From: a virus
Taxonomy: Duplodnaviria; Caudoviricetes
Reading direction: 5' to 3' (one strand)
Virus record (IMG/VR): IMGVR_UViG_3300022876_000172
Span: 1-56,684 of that record
DNA length: 56,684 bases
Part shown: piece after piece, positions 27,744 through 36,795 of the stretch
How the letters are laid out: each line of letters begins with the position of its first letter
Numbering within the stretch: the stretch's first letter is position 1
The notes under the pieces: generated by a model
The model's database searches: none
The model's input: the letters and a program-made list of their open reading frames with translations, nothing else
Told to the model about the DNA's origin: nothing
Position numbers and translations under genes: made by a program

Positions 27744-29011
27744 GCGGCAAGCATCCTCAGGATGTCGTCACGCTGCTGTTCCAGCTGGGCGCGGACGTTT
27801 GGGTTATTCATATCGGGCAGGCCGTTGGCCACGTCGGTCATGTTGAGCGGCTGCAGATAGCTGTCGCCGTTGGCAACGGGCGGCATGTTTTCCAGGCGCC
27901 GGATGTCGTTGATCGACAGCCACCCCCACTGCCTGCCAATTGCATAGGCGTCGTAGCGGCTTTTCTGGTCGCCACGCAGCAGGCCGGACAGGTTGAACTC
28001 GATGAAGTAATCCCGCCTCTCCGACGGCAACAGGAAGTCGCGCATCATGGCCTGCTCGTGGCGCTTCACCCAGGGCATCAGGGCGAAGATCACGTACTGG
28101 ATCAGCAGCTGTTCAAGGCTGTTGTAACTGGCCTTCTCCAGCTCGTTGATCATGTGCGGCGGAATCTTGTAGATCCGAGCGATGTCGAGTCCGGTGGCCT
28201 TGAGAATGCCGAGCAGCTCGGCGTCAACGTTGTTCATCGACACGGCCTTGAAGGTCATGCCTTCCTGCAGCATCGCGACCTTTTTCGCGTTGTCGATACC
28301 TGAGAACTTATTGCCCCACTGATCAAGGATGCGGTCAATACTGGACTGTTCCTTGATCGGCGGCGCCTCTTTCGGGCGCTCAATGACACCACTCACCGCA
28401 GTGCCGTTGGCAAATGACTTGCCCGCGTACTGTCTTACCGCCTGCGCCAGGCCGACGGCATCGGCATGCAGCTCAACGGGAGACAGGCCGGTGTAATGAT
28501 TTTTTGTGTGCCAGCGCACATGATGAATCAGTCGCATGGGCAACGGATCGTGCCCGCCAATACGGTAGACAGGACGTAGGTCGCCGCCCTTGAGCACCAC
28601 CACCTTGTCGTTTCGCAGCGGATACAGGGCCTTCACCGAACCGTCGTCGTTGCGTTCGATGAAGCTGTAGCAGTTCCCTCGCAGCCCCAGGGCGAGCTGG
28701 CCGGATTCTCGGTACTCATAAGGAGTTTGCCAAGGGTTTGGCTGATAACGGAGAACATCATAGAGCGGATGGGACGTAGCCGACTCACGCTTGCCATCAC
28801 CCAGTCGGCGATACAACTCAAGCGGCAACTGACCCACGCTCTCCGCCAGCAAGGTGACGCAAGTTTGCAAGACGGTAATGGCTAGCGCCGTATCCGGCGT
28901 AACCGTCACCCCCGCGGCCGAACGACTAGAGCCGATCAAGCCTCGCCAAAAGCCCCCGCCGCTATCCGAAACCAGCCCTTCACTGCCGCCGAGAAGATTG
29001 CTGAAGAACAT
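27740..29011 (-). CDS. Portal protein, HK97 family
   Basis: PNPWQT, GLSPV, IARIYKIPPH, INDIRRLEN.PP; likely start MFFSNLLGG. Confidence 0.95.
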   Translation of the reverse strand: MFFSNLLGGSEGLVSDSGGGFWRGLIGSSRSAAGVTVTPDTALAITVLQTCVTLLAESVGQLPLELYRRLGDGKRESATSHPLYDVLRYQPNPWQTPYEYRESGQLALGLRGNCYSFIERNDDGSVKALYPLRNDKVVVLKGGDLRPVYRIGGHDPLPMRLIHHVRWHTKNHYTGLSPVELHADAVGLAQAVRQYAGKSFANGTAVSGVIERPKEAPPIKEQSSIDRILDQWGNKFSGIDNAKKVAMLQEGMTFKAVSMNNVDAELLGILKATGLDIARIYKIPPHMINELEKASYNSLEQLLIQYVIFALMPWVKRHEQAMMRDFLLPSERRDYFIEFNLSGLLRGDQKSRYDAYAIGRQWGWLSINDIRRLENMPPVANGDSYLQPLNMTDVANGLPDMNNPNVRAQLEQQRDDILRMLAA

Positions 29012-29013
29012 GA

Positions 29014-29202
29014 TCAGCCTCCTTCTGGACTGGGTTTGAGGGGTACTCGAGCTGCAGCTTTGTCCGCCAGCCAGGCCCAACCGATCAGGCCCAGTCCAGC
29101 AGAAATGAGCGCAGCGGGCACATGGATCAGGGCGATGCCGGCGACCAGTAGGCCGAAGCCAAGCAGTCCAGCGACCCACGCAGCAATTGCAATGGTGTTC
29201 AA
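29014..29202 (-). CDS. Small two-TM membrane protein between terL and portal
   Basis: Hydrophobic 62-aa ORF coupled to the terL stop. Confidence 0.75.
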   Translation of the reverse strand: MNTIAIAAWVAGLLGFGLLVAGIALIHVPAALISAGLGLIGWAWLADKAAARVPLKPSPEGG

Positions 29203-31007
29203 ACCCCAACTCCTTCGTCGTAAATGGAACTGCCGCTGCTGCCGGAAGACACTGCCCCGCTAATACCTGTCGCCATGATCGCGGCAATGATTCCGTCAAT
29301 TCGGCCCGTTGCTTTAGCCTTGTCGGCCTTTCGGTTGTTTGCCGGATCGGAAACAATCACGGCGTTACCGGCACACCAGGTCATTACTGGATTGCCATCG
29401 TGCCGCAGAGACTCCACCGCCTCGGCCGGCAGCGCATCATCGAAGAACTCTGCCGCGCCACCCTCTTCCTCTGGTTGCGGCTCGATCATGCCGAGCAGCC
29501 GCCGCTCAAACTCATCCACCGCCGGCCCCATATCCTTGAAGCCCTGCCCGAACTCCACGAGCTCAGGCAATGTGATGTCGTACTCGCTCATCAGCTGCCG
29601 CATATCCTCGATCCGCCAGCGGTCAAACGCGATCTTGTCCACCTGGAAGAAGTCACAGATGGTCTGCAGCCGACGCAACACATGCAGCTTGCTGATGGCA
29701 CGCCCTGGCGTCGTTTCTAGATCCCGCGATTTAATCCATGCCGCATAAGGCACTTTGTCGCGGGCTTCGCGCTTGTCGAGTTCGTGATCGGGAATCCAAA
29801 AATACGGCAACAGCCGCCAGTGCGGATCCTCGTAGGTCGGATAGAACAGCAGGACAAATGATGTCAGGTCCGTCGTGCTGGATAGGTCCAGTCCGCCAAC
29901 GCTGGGGCGATTGCGCAACAGCGACATGGGTACGCGCTCTTCAGCCTGGCTCCAGACATCCCAAGAGATCCATGGCGACTCTGCGCCGGTCCATTCGCAG
30001 AAGTTGAGGCGCCGCACCATGGCTTCCTTGCTCGGCATCCCCCGGGCTTCGGTCACCTGTTCGCGCAAGTACTTCATGCCCGGAAGATCAGCATCCTGAA
30101 GCGAAGGGTTGGACTTGAACCAGCAGCTTTCGTCCTGAATAGGATCATCGCCCTCGTCCAGCGAACAGATGTAGGCAAAGAATCCGTCATCAGTGAGTGC
30201 CCCAGATGCAACCCGAGAGCCATACTCGTGGTACTCCCAGCAAGGGCCGCGCTTGTTCGAGCCGCTGTTGGTGATCATGAAAATGAGCGCCTGTTTACGG
30301 CTCTTGGTGCCGGCTCGCATCATCTCCACGACCATGTTGGTCTTGTGCTCGTGCACTTCGTCGATGAGCGCCATGTGTGGCCGCGGACCAGACTGACCAT
30401 CATCCGAACTGATCGGTCTGAAAAACGATCCTGACTTGAGGTAGGCCAGGTTCCAAATGTTCTGGCCGGTGCCGCTGCAAACCAGGCGCTTGGTCAACTC
30501 CGGAGATTGCTGCACCATCGCCACAGCATCCCGGAACAGGATCATGGCCTGATCTTTTTTGGTCGCGGCAGCGTAGATCTCGGCGCGTGCTTCGTTGTCC
30601 GCGATCAGTCCGGTCAGCCCCACCCCGGCGGCCAAGGGCGATTTTCCCGAACCCTTACCGCTCTCGACGTAAACGACCCGGAAGCGGCGATACCCGTCAC
30701 TGGACTTCCATCCGAAGATGCTGCCCACAATGAATTTTTGCCAGGGCAACAGCTCGAACGGCAGCCCTTCAAACTCCCCACCGTTCAACTTGAGGACTGT
30801 GCGATAGAAGCGAATAGCTTTGTTGGCCGCAGCCAAATCCCAGGTCAGCCCGCGCTTCGGCCCCTCCTCCAGGTCATGCAGATGGCGCGCACACGCATTT
30901 CGAATGTCTGGCCCCGCGACACGCTCACCGGAATGAACTTCCTTGGCGTACTGCGTTGCCGGGTCGTCAACCGAAGAACTCCGCGAACTGGTCTTCTTTT
31001 GGCTCAT
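29199..31007 (-). CDS. Terminase large subunit
   Basis: GKGSGKS Walker A, LIDEVHEH Walker B, GLDLS, RIDG nuclease motifs. Confidence 0.95.
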   Translation of the reverse strand: MSQKKTSSRSSSVDDPATQYAKEVHSGERVAGPDIRNACARHLHDLEEGPKRGLTWDLAAANKAIRFYRTVLKLNGGEFEGLPFELLPWQKFIVGSIFGWKSSDGYRRFRVVYVESGKGSGKSPLAAGVGLTGLIADNEARAEIYAAATKKDQAMILFRDAVAMVQQSPELTKRLVCSGTGQNIWNLAYLKSGSFFRPISSDDGQSGPRPHMALIDEVHEHKTNMVVEMMRAGTKSRKQALIFMITNSGSNKRGPCWEYHEYGSRVASGALTDDGFFAYICSLDEGDDPIQDESCWFKSNPSLQDADLPGMKYLREQVTEARGMPSKEAMVRRLNFCEWTGAESPWISWDVWSQAEERVPMSLLRNRPSVGGLDLSSTTDLTSFVLLFYPTYEDPHWRLLPYFWIPDHELDKREARDKVPYAAWIKSRDLETTPGRAISKLHVLRRLQTICDFFQVDKIAFDRWRIEDMRQLMSEYDITLPELVEFGQGFKDMGPAVDEFERRLLGMIEPQPEEEGGAAEFFDDALPAEAVESLRHDGNPVMTWCAGNAVIVSDPANNRKADKAKATGRIDGIIAAIMATGISGAVSSGSSGSSIYDEGVGV

Positions 31008-31434
31008 CGTCTTTTACTTGCACCTTGGATCGCGCAGCCGGTGTCAGGCCGAATTCGACCAGGTAGCTTTTGAAGCGGCGGTCTACGTCGGCCAACATGG
31101 CCACCGCCGGGTTCGCCTTGAGCACCAGTTCGCCCTGGGTGCTGGTGGTTTCGTAAGTCCGCCCCTGCGCATCAATCACATCACGCAGGGCAAGGATTTC
31201 GGAGTAGCAATCGCAGAGGCGCTCAAGCGCAAAGCCATCGGCTTCGGTAAGCACCCCCATGCGGTCCAGCAACACAGTGAGCCGCCCCCACGCCACCTGG
31301 CCATCCGAGCTCAGGTGATCTGGGGCACTGGGAATGCGCTTAGCTGGCTGAGGCTCATTTTTGTTGATCGGGCGCTTACCGGGATTCCCTCTGACAAGCT
31401 TCAGCTCCGTCGGTGTAGGTCGTCTCCCGGCCAT
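30967..31434 (-). CDS. Terminase small subunit, P27 family
   Basis: GRRPTPT.LK...GNPGKR, NPAV, EFGLTPAARSK. Confidence 0.93.
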   Translation of the reverse strand: MAGRRPTPTELKLVRGNPGKRPINKNEPQPAKRIPSAPDHLSSDGQVAWGRLTVLLDRMGVLTEADGFALERLCDCYSEILALRDVIDAQGRTYETTSTQGELVLKANPAVAMLADVDRRFKSYLVEFGLTPAARSKVQVKDDEPKEDQFAEFFG

Positions 31435-31568
31435 TTTCTGCTCTCAAAAAAAATCATTTCATTTCGCGGCTTTGCACGCGGAGGGGGGCGAACGGTCAGG
31501 AAAGGCCTCCGAAAAAACTTTTTCACCCCCCCTGCCCTGGGATGGAGCCCCGCGCCGCCCGGAAGCCC
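31435..31568. other. Probable cos/packaging region
   Basis: Non-coding gap between the HNH gene and terS, the usual cos position in HK97-type phages; exact cut site not identified. Confidence 0.45.
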
Positions 31569-31889
31569 TCAGGAGGGCCGATTCCAGTGATGCCTGGGGT
31601 CCAGCGGCCTCCCGCTGACGTCGCACCCTGCCTCGCGCCCTGACTTCTCCAGGCGCTGCTTGTAGGAGCTGTGGCAGTTAGTGCAAAGCGACTGCCAGTT
31701 CGCCCTATCCCAGAAAAGGGTCATGTCACCTCGGTGTGGCGTGATGTGGTCGACGACTGTGGCTGCCCTGTTCAGGCTCGTCTTTTCGCACCGAACGCAG
31801 AGGGGGTTCTTGCGCAACCACCCCTCGCGGGCCTGCTGCCATCGATAGCCGTATGGGCTCGGCTTTTTGCCTGCCTCGAGTAGCGACAT
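31569..31889 (-). CDS. Packaging-associated HNH endonuclease
   Basis: PLCVRC, VVDHITPHRGD, NWQSLCTNCH. Confidence 0.92.
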   Translation of the reverse strand: MSLLEAGKKPSPYGYRWQQAREGWLRKNPLCVRCEKTSLNRAATVVDHITPHRGDMTLFWDRANWQSLCTNCHSSYKQRLEKSGREAGCDVSGRPLDPRHHWNRPS

Positions 31890-31892
31890 GTG

Positions 31893-32216
31893 TCACCCCT
31901 GCGCCTTGCGGGAAATAAACAGATCTGAGTATCCGCGCAGCTTCTCAACACCCATGAAGCCAACAGCGCCGCCTGCGAAGGTGGCCATGCCCTGCGGCAA
32001 CCCCATCCATTCAAGCAGTGGCACTAGGGCTAAGGTGATGAGGCCGCAGAGCGCGCCCTCCAAGATCATCTGCCGACGGGTGCCTCCGCCATACACCACC
32101 CGAAGGGCAGCGATCGCGACTGACAGGCCAGCGGCATACAGCTGAGGCTGGTGAGCCAGCACCCAGGCGAGCACGGCGGCCCACAGGCCAGGATCCTTCT
32201 CGGGCATTTTTGGCAT
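31893..32216 (-). CDS. Lambda-family holin with dual-start motif
   Basis: MPKMPEKDP start, TM helices, GFMGVEKLR C-terminus. Confidence 0.88.
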   Translation of the reverse strand: MPKMPEKDPGLWAAVLAWVLAHQPQLYAAGLSVAIAALRVVYGGGTRRQMILEGALCGLITLALVPLLEWMGLPQGMATFAGGAVGFMGVEKLRGYSDLFISRKAQG

Positions 32217-32244
32217 CTCAATTCTCCCTTTCGGGAAGCTGAAA

Positions 32245-32273
32245 CAAAAAAGCCCGCTCAATGGCGGGCTTTA
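32245..32273 (-). terminator. Intrinsic terminator before the holin
   Basis: AAAGCCCGC-loop-GCGGGCTTTTTT on the minus strand. Confidence 0.7.
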
Positions 32274-32292
32274 TGACTGTATGATTGGGCGT

Positions 32293-32811
32293 CTATTCTC
32301 TGGCTATCCGAACGATGGGCTCGTCGTCACTCTTCCTTTCACTGTCACTGCGTTCATGGTACTGGAAGGACGTGGAATGGACTAACTCTGAATGGCTGAT
32401 CAAGCCTGCCATAGCGACTTCGGCCCATGGTCCCGCCGCTGAAAACGAAGCATAGGGCTTGTGAGTATGCAGAACGCTGTCCACTTCAGGCGGATAGGTA
32501 AACCGCTCCTGGATCTCCCTAATCTGTTCAGCAGTTAACTGTCCAACCGTGCTTTCAGCCTTCTTTGAGGCTACGTCACCCAGATCGCGGTGAAGCGCCT
32601 CAATCTTGCGATTCAACCGCTCAATATCGGCACGCATCTCACGTATGGATGCGGAGGCAGACTCCGCACTCGCTTGTGCCTGAGCGCGCTGCATTTCCTC
32701 GATAGGAGATACAGGGAATTTGGTAGGACCATTTTTGATGCCCCGGTAAATGGCAACGCCGATAATCAGTCCCACTCCTATAATCCAGAACAGGATGATC
32801 CAAATCGTCAT
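32293..32811 (-). CDS. Membrane-anchored coiled-coil accessory protein
   Basis: N-terminal TM, coiled coil; ATGA-coupled to 32808-33008. Confidence 0.7.
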   Translation of the reverse strand: MTIWIILFWIIGVGLIIGVAIYRGIKNGPTKFPVSPIEEMQRAQAQASAESASASIREMRADIERLNRKIEALHRDLGDVASKKAESTVGQLTAEQIREIQERFTYPPEVDSVLHTHKPYASFSAAGPWAEVAMAGLISHSELVHSTSFQYHERSDSERKSDDEPIVRIARE

Positions 32812-33008
32812 TTTTCCACCTCCTGAACTGCGATCACATAGGAGATCGCAATGAGGAAAACACTTGATACTGACATTGTAGCAGCAGCGACAATTACCAT
32901 AGGTTTCGTATTGTCAAGTAGTGAAAGCGTTGCTACACCAGTGACCATGAAGCCTGTAGCCAAGCCTATCAATAGACTCGTGAGCCACCGAATGGTTTTG
33001 TTATCCAT
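32808..33008 (-). CDS. Small two-TM accessory protein
   Basis: 66-aa hydrophobic ORF with AAGGA RBS. Confidence 0.7.
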   Translation of the reverse strand: MDNKTIRWLTSLLIGLATGFMVTGVATLSLLDNTKPMVIVAAATMSVSSVFLIAISYVIAVQEVEK

Positions 33009-33162
33009 TTACATCCTTGTGGTCCAAGAACTTACAGCGCAGCTGGAAGAGCATGAGGGGCGGATAGGAGTGTCGACAAGGCAGAGGCTAGCATCAACTC
33101 TATCCTAAAAAAGCGCAGATACCGCATGATGGATAAATGATCGGCCATGGGGCCATTTGATG

Positions 33163-33741
33163 TCAAGCGGCATTTTCTAGGGATAGCCCCTCATGGGTGA
33201 GAATCGCGCCCGCCTCAGCCAAGGCCTCAACGACCATCCCATCAAGAACAACTTCGATTCCCGCCCTCCACCGGCGACGGGTGCGCTCAGGACTAGCATC
33301 CGGGTCCCACCGGTTCATGTCGTAGAACTGGGCTGGCAGAACGATGATATCGCTCGAGCGCTTTCCATCGGCCCCCTTCATCTTGGGAATAGCCCAAGCC
33401 GTCACAGCACTGATGATGAAAAGCTTGGGAGCGTGAGAGGCGACTATGGGCCAGAGCCTACCTAGCGATTGGACCTTGCGCCCTTTATGCGTGCTGTACT
33501 TTGCCACAAGTACATCCCAGTGCCTCGGCTTCAACTGGCTGTGCAGCCGGGCGAACACCCAGCAGTCCGCATCCAAGCGACTGATTTTGCCGCGCTCTAC
33601 CGATCGGCTCAGGATGGCCATGTCGTGGCCATCTTCACTGCCTGGATCATATAGCTTCTGCCAAGCCTGCTTGCTGGTGTTGTCGATCGCTTCTGCAGCT
33701 AGGGCCGAGACGACCGCCGCGAGTACGCTGCTGTAAATCAT
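33163..33741 (-). CDS. Probable Q-like late antiterminator
   Basis: Last gene of the rightward early operon before the late genes; ERTRRRW HTH-like end; a TTGACA overlaps its stop. Confidence 0.6.
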   Translation of the reverse strand: MIYSSVLAAVVSALAAEAIDNTSKQAWQKLYDPGSEDGHDMAILSRSVERGKISRLDADCWVFARLHSQLKPRHWDVLVAKYSTHKGRKVQSLGRLWPIVASHAPKLFIISAVTAWAIPKMKGADGKRSSDIIVLPAQFYDMNRWDPDASPERTRRRWRAGIEVVLDGMVVEALAEAGAILTHEGLSLENAA

Positions 33742-33751
33742 GTCCTTCCCC

Positions 33752-34072
33752 TCAATCCCCGGAGTAGTTGGTGCCACCGGCGCCGCGCCGGTTGCTTCCC
33801 TGATATGTGGCCTCAGGCCCGGATGCCTGAGGGTTCTTCAACTGCTCGACCTGCCGGAGCACTGCCCGCAGGTTCATACCCAACTGGATTGCCAACTCCT
33901 CCAGTGGCATAGGCCGGTTCGTCCATCGATCAATCCAGCCCGTGGCGCTGCAGGTGTCACAGCCAAGCTCATGGAAAACGCCCTGTACTACCCCGCGACC
34001 TTGGCAATCTGGGCACTCGGCAAGCTTGATCATGTGCTTCTTGAAGGATGGCCCGTGGCGCTTCCCTGTCAT
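33752..34072 (-). CDS. Zinc-finger (CxxCxGxG) hypothetical protein
   Basis: CPDCQGRG and CDTCSATG; ATGA overlap with the recombinase stop. Confidence 0.8.
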   Translation of the reverse strand: MTGKRHGPSFKKHMIKLAECPDCQGRGVVQGVFHELGCDTCSATGWIDRWTNRPMPLEELAIQLGMNLRAVLRQVEQLKNPQASGPEATYQGSNRRGAGGTNYSGD

Positions 34073-35358
34073 TTCGAATCCTCGCTTATGGTGGATACCG
34101 GAAGTCCGTCGAAACCCGCACGCTTTGCGGCCCGCGAGAGAGTCCATGAATCCATTGATCTATCACCGGTCAAGCCGTGAACCGACTCAAAACCCTTCTG
34201 ATCAAGGTGTGCGTGCCACTTCTCCAGCGCCTCACGCTTGCGGGCCATCACGTCGGACTGGATGTACACCTTCACGTTGTGGCCCATGGCATGGTTGATC
34301 AGCAGCTCGCCCACCAGGTGGTCAACACCCAGGTCAGCCCAACCGGTACGGGCCAGCTTGCGTAGGTCGTGGCTGGTCCATTCGCCTTGCCCCATGACCG
34401 TGAACACAGCAGAGGCCTTCGCTTCACTCAAAGGCTTGCCCTGCCGGCCCGGGAACAGGAACTGGCCGTCATAGCCCTGGTTGCGCTGGATCTCGCGGTA
34501 AGCCATCAACAGGAAGCGCACCTGGTCGGTCAGTGGCAGTCGGTGCTGCACGCCGGTCTTGGTGTGCTCGGCAGGAATGAACCACTCCCGCTCGGCCAGG
34601 CTGATGTGGTTCCAGCGGGCCAGTCGGGTTTCACCCAGCCGGGTACCGTGGCACAGCATCATCAGGGCCAGTACGCCATGCTGCGGGAGGTTCGCCAGGG
34701 TGCTCTTCATGCGCGACATCAGGTCTTCCAGGTGCACACCGCGCAGCCGCGACGGCTTGACCGTGACCTTGGCCTTCGAGAAGTCGCCAAAGCGAATGCC
34801 GGCCATGGGATTGGAGCTGAGCAGGCCCAGCTTGGTGGCCTGCCGGAAGGCCAGTGCCAGCAGCTGGAACACCAGGCGCACGTAATCGATCGACAGCGAC
34901 TCTTGCAGTGGCCACATCAGTTCGCGATCGAGCAGCGCCTTGTCGATTTGGGCCAGCGGGATTTCGCCCAAGCGAGGCACCAGGTGCTGCTTGATAGCCG
35001 ACGCCGCCGTGCTCTTGCGCTTGCCCGACAGGTTGCGGTCACGGGACATGCGCTCAGCGAACCAGGACAGCAGCTCACCAGTCAGCACCCAGCTCGATAA
35101 GCTCGACCCTTCACCAGCCTCCAGTCGCAGACGGATATCCGGCAGCGCCGCGGCCACCTTGGCGGCGCTCAGTTCTGGGTACGAGCCGATCAGGTTCCAC
35201 TTACCCTTGTGGATCAGGTACCAGGACCCGCGCTCACGGGAACGGTGGAACCGAAAATACAGGCCGTGATTGCCCAGGGCACGCAGGTCGCGCACCTGGC
35301 CGGCGGCCTGCCGGCGAATCTCTGCATCGCTGATTTTCACAGCGGCGGTGTTGGTCAT
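34069..35358 (-). CDS. Second tyrosine recombinase (P4-integrase-like architecture)
   Basis: GTRLGE (R), HTKT (K), HDLRK (HxxR), NH and VY catalytic positions; N-terminal GLYFR arm-binding-like domain. Confidence 0.9.
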   Translation of the reverse strand: MTNTAAVKISDAEIRRQAAGQVRDLRALGNHGLYFRFHRSRERGSWYLIHKGKWNLIGSYPELSAAKVAAALPDIRLRLEAGEGSSLSSWVLTGELLSWFAERMSRDRNLSGKRKSTAASAIKQHLVPRLGEIPLAQIDKALLDRELMWPLQESLSIDYVRLVFQLLALAFRQATKLGLLSSNPMAGIRFGDFSKAKVTVKPSRLRGVHLEDLMSRMKSTLANLPQHGVLALMMLCHGTRLGETRLARWNHISLAEREWFIPAEHTKTGVQHRLPLTDQVRFLLMAYREIQRNQGYDGQFLFPGRQGKPLSEAKASAVFTVMGQGEWTSHDLRKLARTGWADLGVDHLVGELLINHAMGHNVKVYIQSDVMARKREALEKWHAHLDQKGFESVHGLTGDRSMDSWTLSRAAKRAGFDGLPVSTISEDSK

Positions 35359-35792
35359 GCTGCAACCTCCGTTTTAGGCAGGGCCAGGTACGCCCTCAGG
35401 CACTCCATGGCGTCGAAATGCCCCTGACACACAACGGCCAGGTAGCCTTGGTCGTTCAGCCGGCGAATGCACGCTTGCTGGCTGGACGAGACAGGCGCCG
35501 GGTCAACGGTCGCCTTGAATTCGATGTACAAACCGAAGTACCCGCCGCGGGCCATGGTCAGCACCAGGTCGGGGATGCCGGCCTTCACGCCCTGAGCCTT
35601 GAGCTTCAGCGCCACGCCCTTGTGCCGGTGACCGCCGTTCGGGACGTGATAGATCAGCTCGAACACCTCGGGATAGCGCAGCTGGATCTCTTCGAGCAGG
35701 GCGGCCTGCTCCTGCCCTTCCCGGTCGACGGGCTTGGCGCGGACGGACTTGGGTCGGGCCGGATGGCGGAATGGGGGAATTTGGCTATTCAT
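35355..35792 (-). CDS. VRR-NUC nuclease
   Basis: HVPNGG, GVKAGIPDL, LYIEFK motifs. Confidence 0.9.
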   Translation of the reverse strand: MNSQIPPFRHPARPKSVRAKPVDREGQEQAALLEEIQLRYPEVFELIYHVPNGGHRHKGVALKLKAQGVKAGIPDLVLTMARGGYFGLYIEFKATVDPAPVSSSQQACIRRLNDQGYLAVVCQGHFDAMECLRAYLALPKTEVAA

Positions 35793-36085
35793 GCGATCAG
35801 CACCCCTTCGTGGAGCAGCAGTGCCTGGGTGCGCATAACACCTTCAGCGTGGTACTGGCGGGCGGTGTCGCGGTCCACGGACCGGCTGCGCCCATCACAG
35901 GCATCGTGGCAGGCGCTGCAGGACCAGGCGCCTTGCAGGTCGTGCGGTTTCTTGCCGACGCCGCAGGTACCGGCCAGGCGGTAGTGCGCAAGGACGGTGG
36001 TCTCGGGGTTGCCGTTGCACACGCCCGGAATGCGCACCTGGCATTCCCGGCCGCGAGCGGCCTTGGTCAGTTTTGTTTGGCGCAC
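35789..36085 (-). CDS. DUF1364/YbcO-like protein
   Basis: ARGRECQVRIPGVC...TVLAH...CSACHD. Confidence 0.88.
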   Translation of the reverse strand: MRQTKLTKAARGRECQVRIPGVCNGNPETTVLAHYRLAGTCGVGKKPHDLQGAWSCSACHDACDGRSRSVDRDTARQYHAEGVMRTQALLLHEGVLIA

Positions 36086-36111
36086 GGGACGCCTCCTTGC
36101 AGGTTGATTGA

Positions 36112-36795
36112 TCAGCGCCCCGCCAAACGGGCACGCATGGCTGCCAGGGCAGAATTTCCGACTTGCGGGGTACGGCGGGCGGCAACCTCGGCGGGAAGTG
36201 CCAGGGGCATCTTCTGCAACGGCTCACCAGCCATAAGCCGACGAACCGCGATGGCGTAGTTGCGCTCGAACAGCTTCGAGTTGACATCGGATGGCAGCTT
36301 GTTGAGGTTCTCAAAGCCGCACTCCTTGGCCGCGTGCCAGACCGCGTCATGACTCCACTTCCCCCTGCCAGCCGTCGCAGGATGTGCATTGCGAGTCGCT
36401 TCGCGGAAAGCGGCCGCCAAGGCTGGAAGGCCGAGCATTTCTGGAGACGGCTGACACCACTGAATGAACTCGCCGGGCGGCGGAATAAACGCTGCACCCG
36501 ACTGGCGGCAGCGCATCAGCCCAAACTGCAACTGCTCGGGATTGCAGATGCCGGCCTCAAGAAAAGCGGTCAGCCATTGCTGCTTGGACGCGTCGTATGT
36601 GGCCTGGTCTGGCCAAGCCTGCTTCCAGGCGGTGCAGATCGATCGCAGATCACGGAACAGATCGTTGATCACCTTCGCTGTCTTCTGGTTGAGTTCTGCC
36701 TTCACGTCATCTGGCAGCTCGTATCCAGCAGAGACGTGCTGGCCGGACTGAACCTTGGCCCACAGGCCATGAGTCACAACTGCGACTGGGTTCAT
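36112..36795 (-). CDS. Replication protein P-like helicase loader
   Basis: KQQWL.AF.EAGI, F.PPPGEFI.WC; follows the O-like gene. Confidence 0.85.
   Translation of the reverse strand: MNPVAVVTHGLWAKVQSGQHVSAGYELPDDVKAELNQKTAKVINDLFRDLRSICTAWKQAWPDQATYDASKQQWLTAFLEAGICNPEQLQFGLMRCRQSGAAFIPPPGEFIQWCQPSPEMLGLPALAAAFREATRNAHPATAGRGKWSHDAVWHAAKECGFENLNKLPSDVNSKLFERNYAIAVRRLMAGEPLQKMPLALPAEVAARRTPQVGNSALAAMRARLAGR

Noticed and set aside
7455-28303. Many long plus-strand ORFs across the tail and head region (e.g. 13367-14404, 14227-15345, 19137-20024, 22005-22940)
   Set aside because: Antisense shadows of recognisable high-GC structural genes; no motifs of their own
29012-29356. N-terminal extension of the portal ORF
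   Set aside because: Overlaps terL and the small membrane gene; a good RBS precedes ATG 29011
34069-35358. Satellite or genomic island defined by the second integrase
   Set aside because: Translationally coupled to phage genes on both sides and no flanking direct repeats noticed
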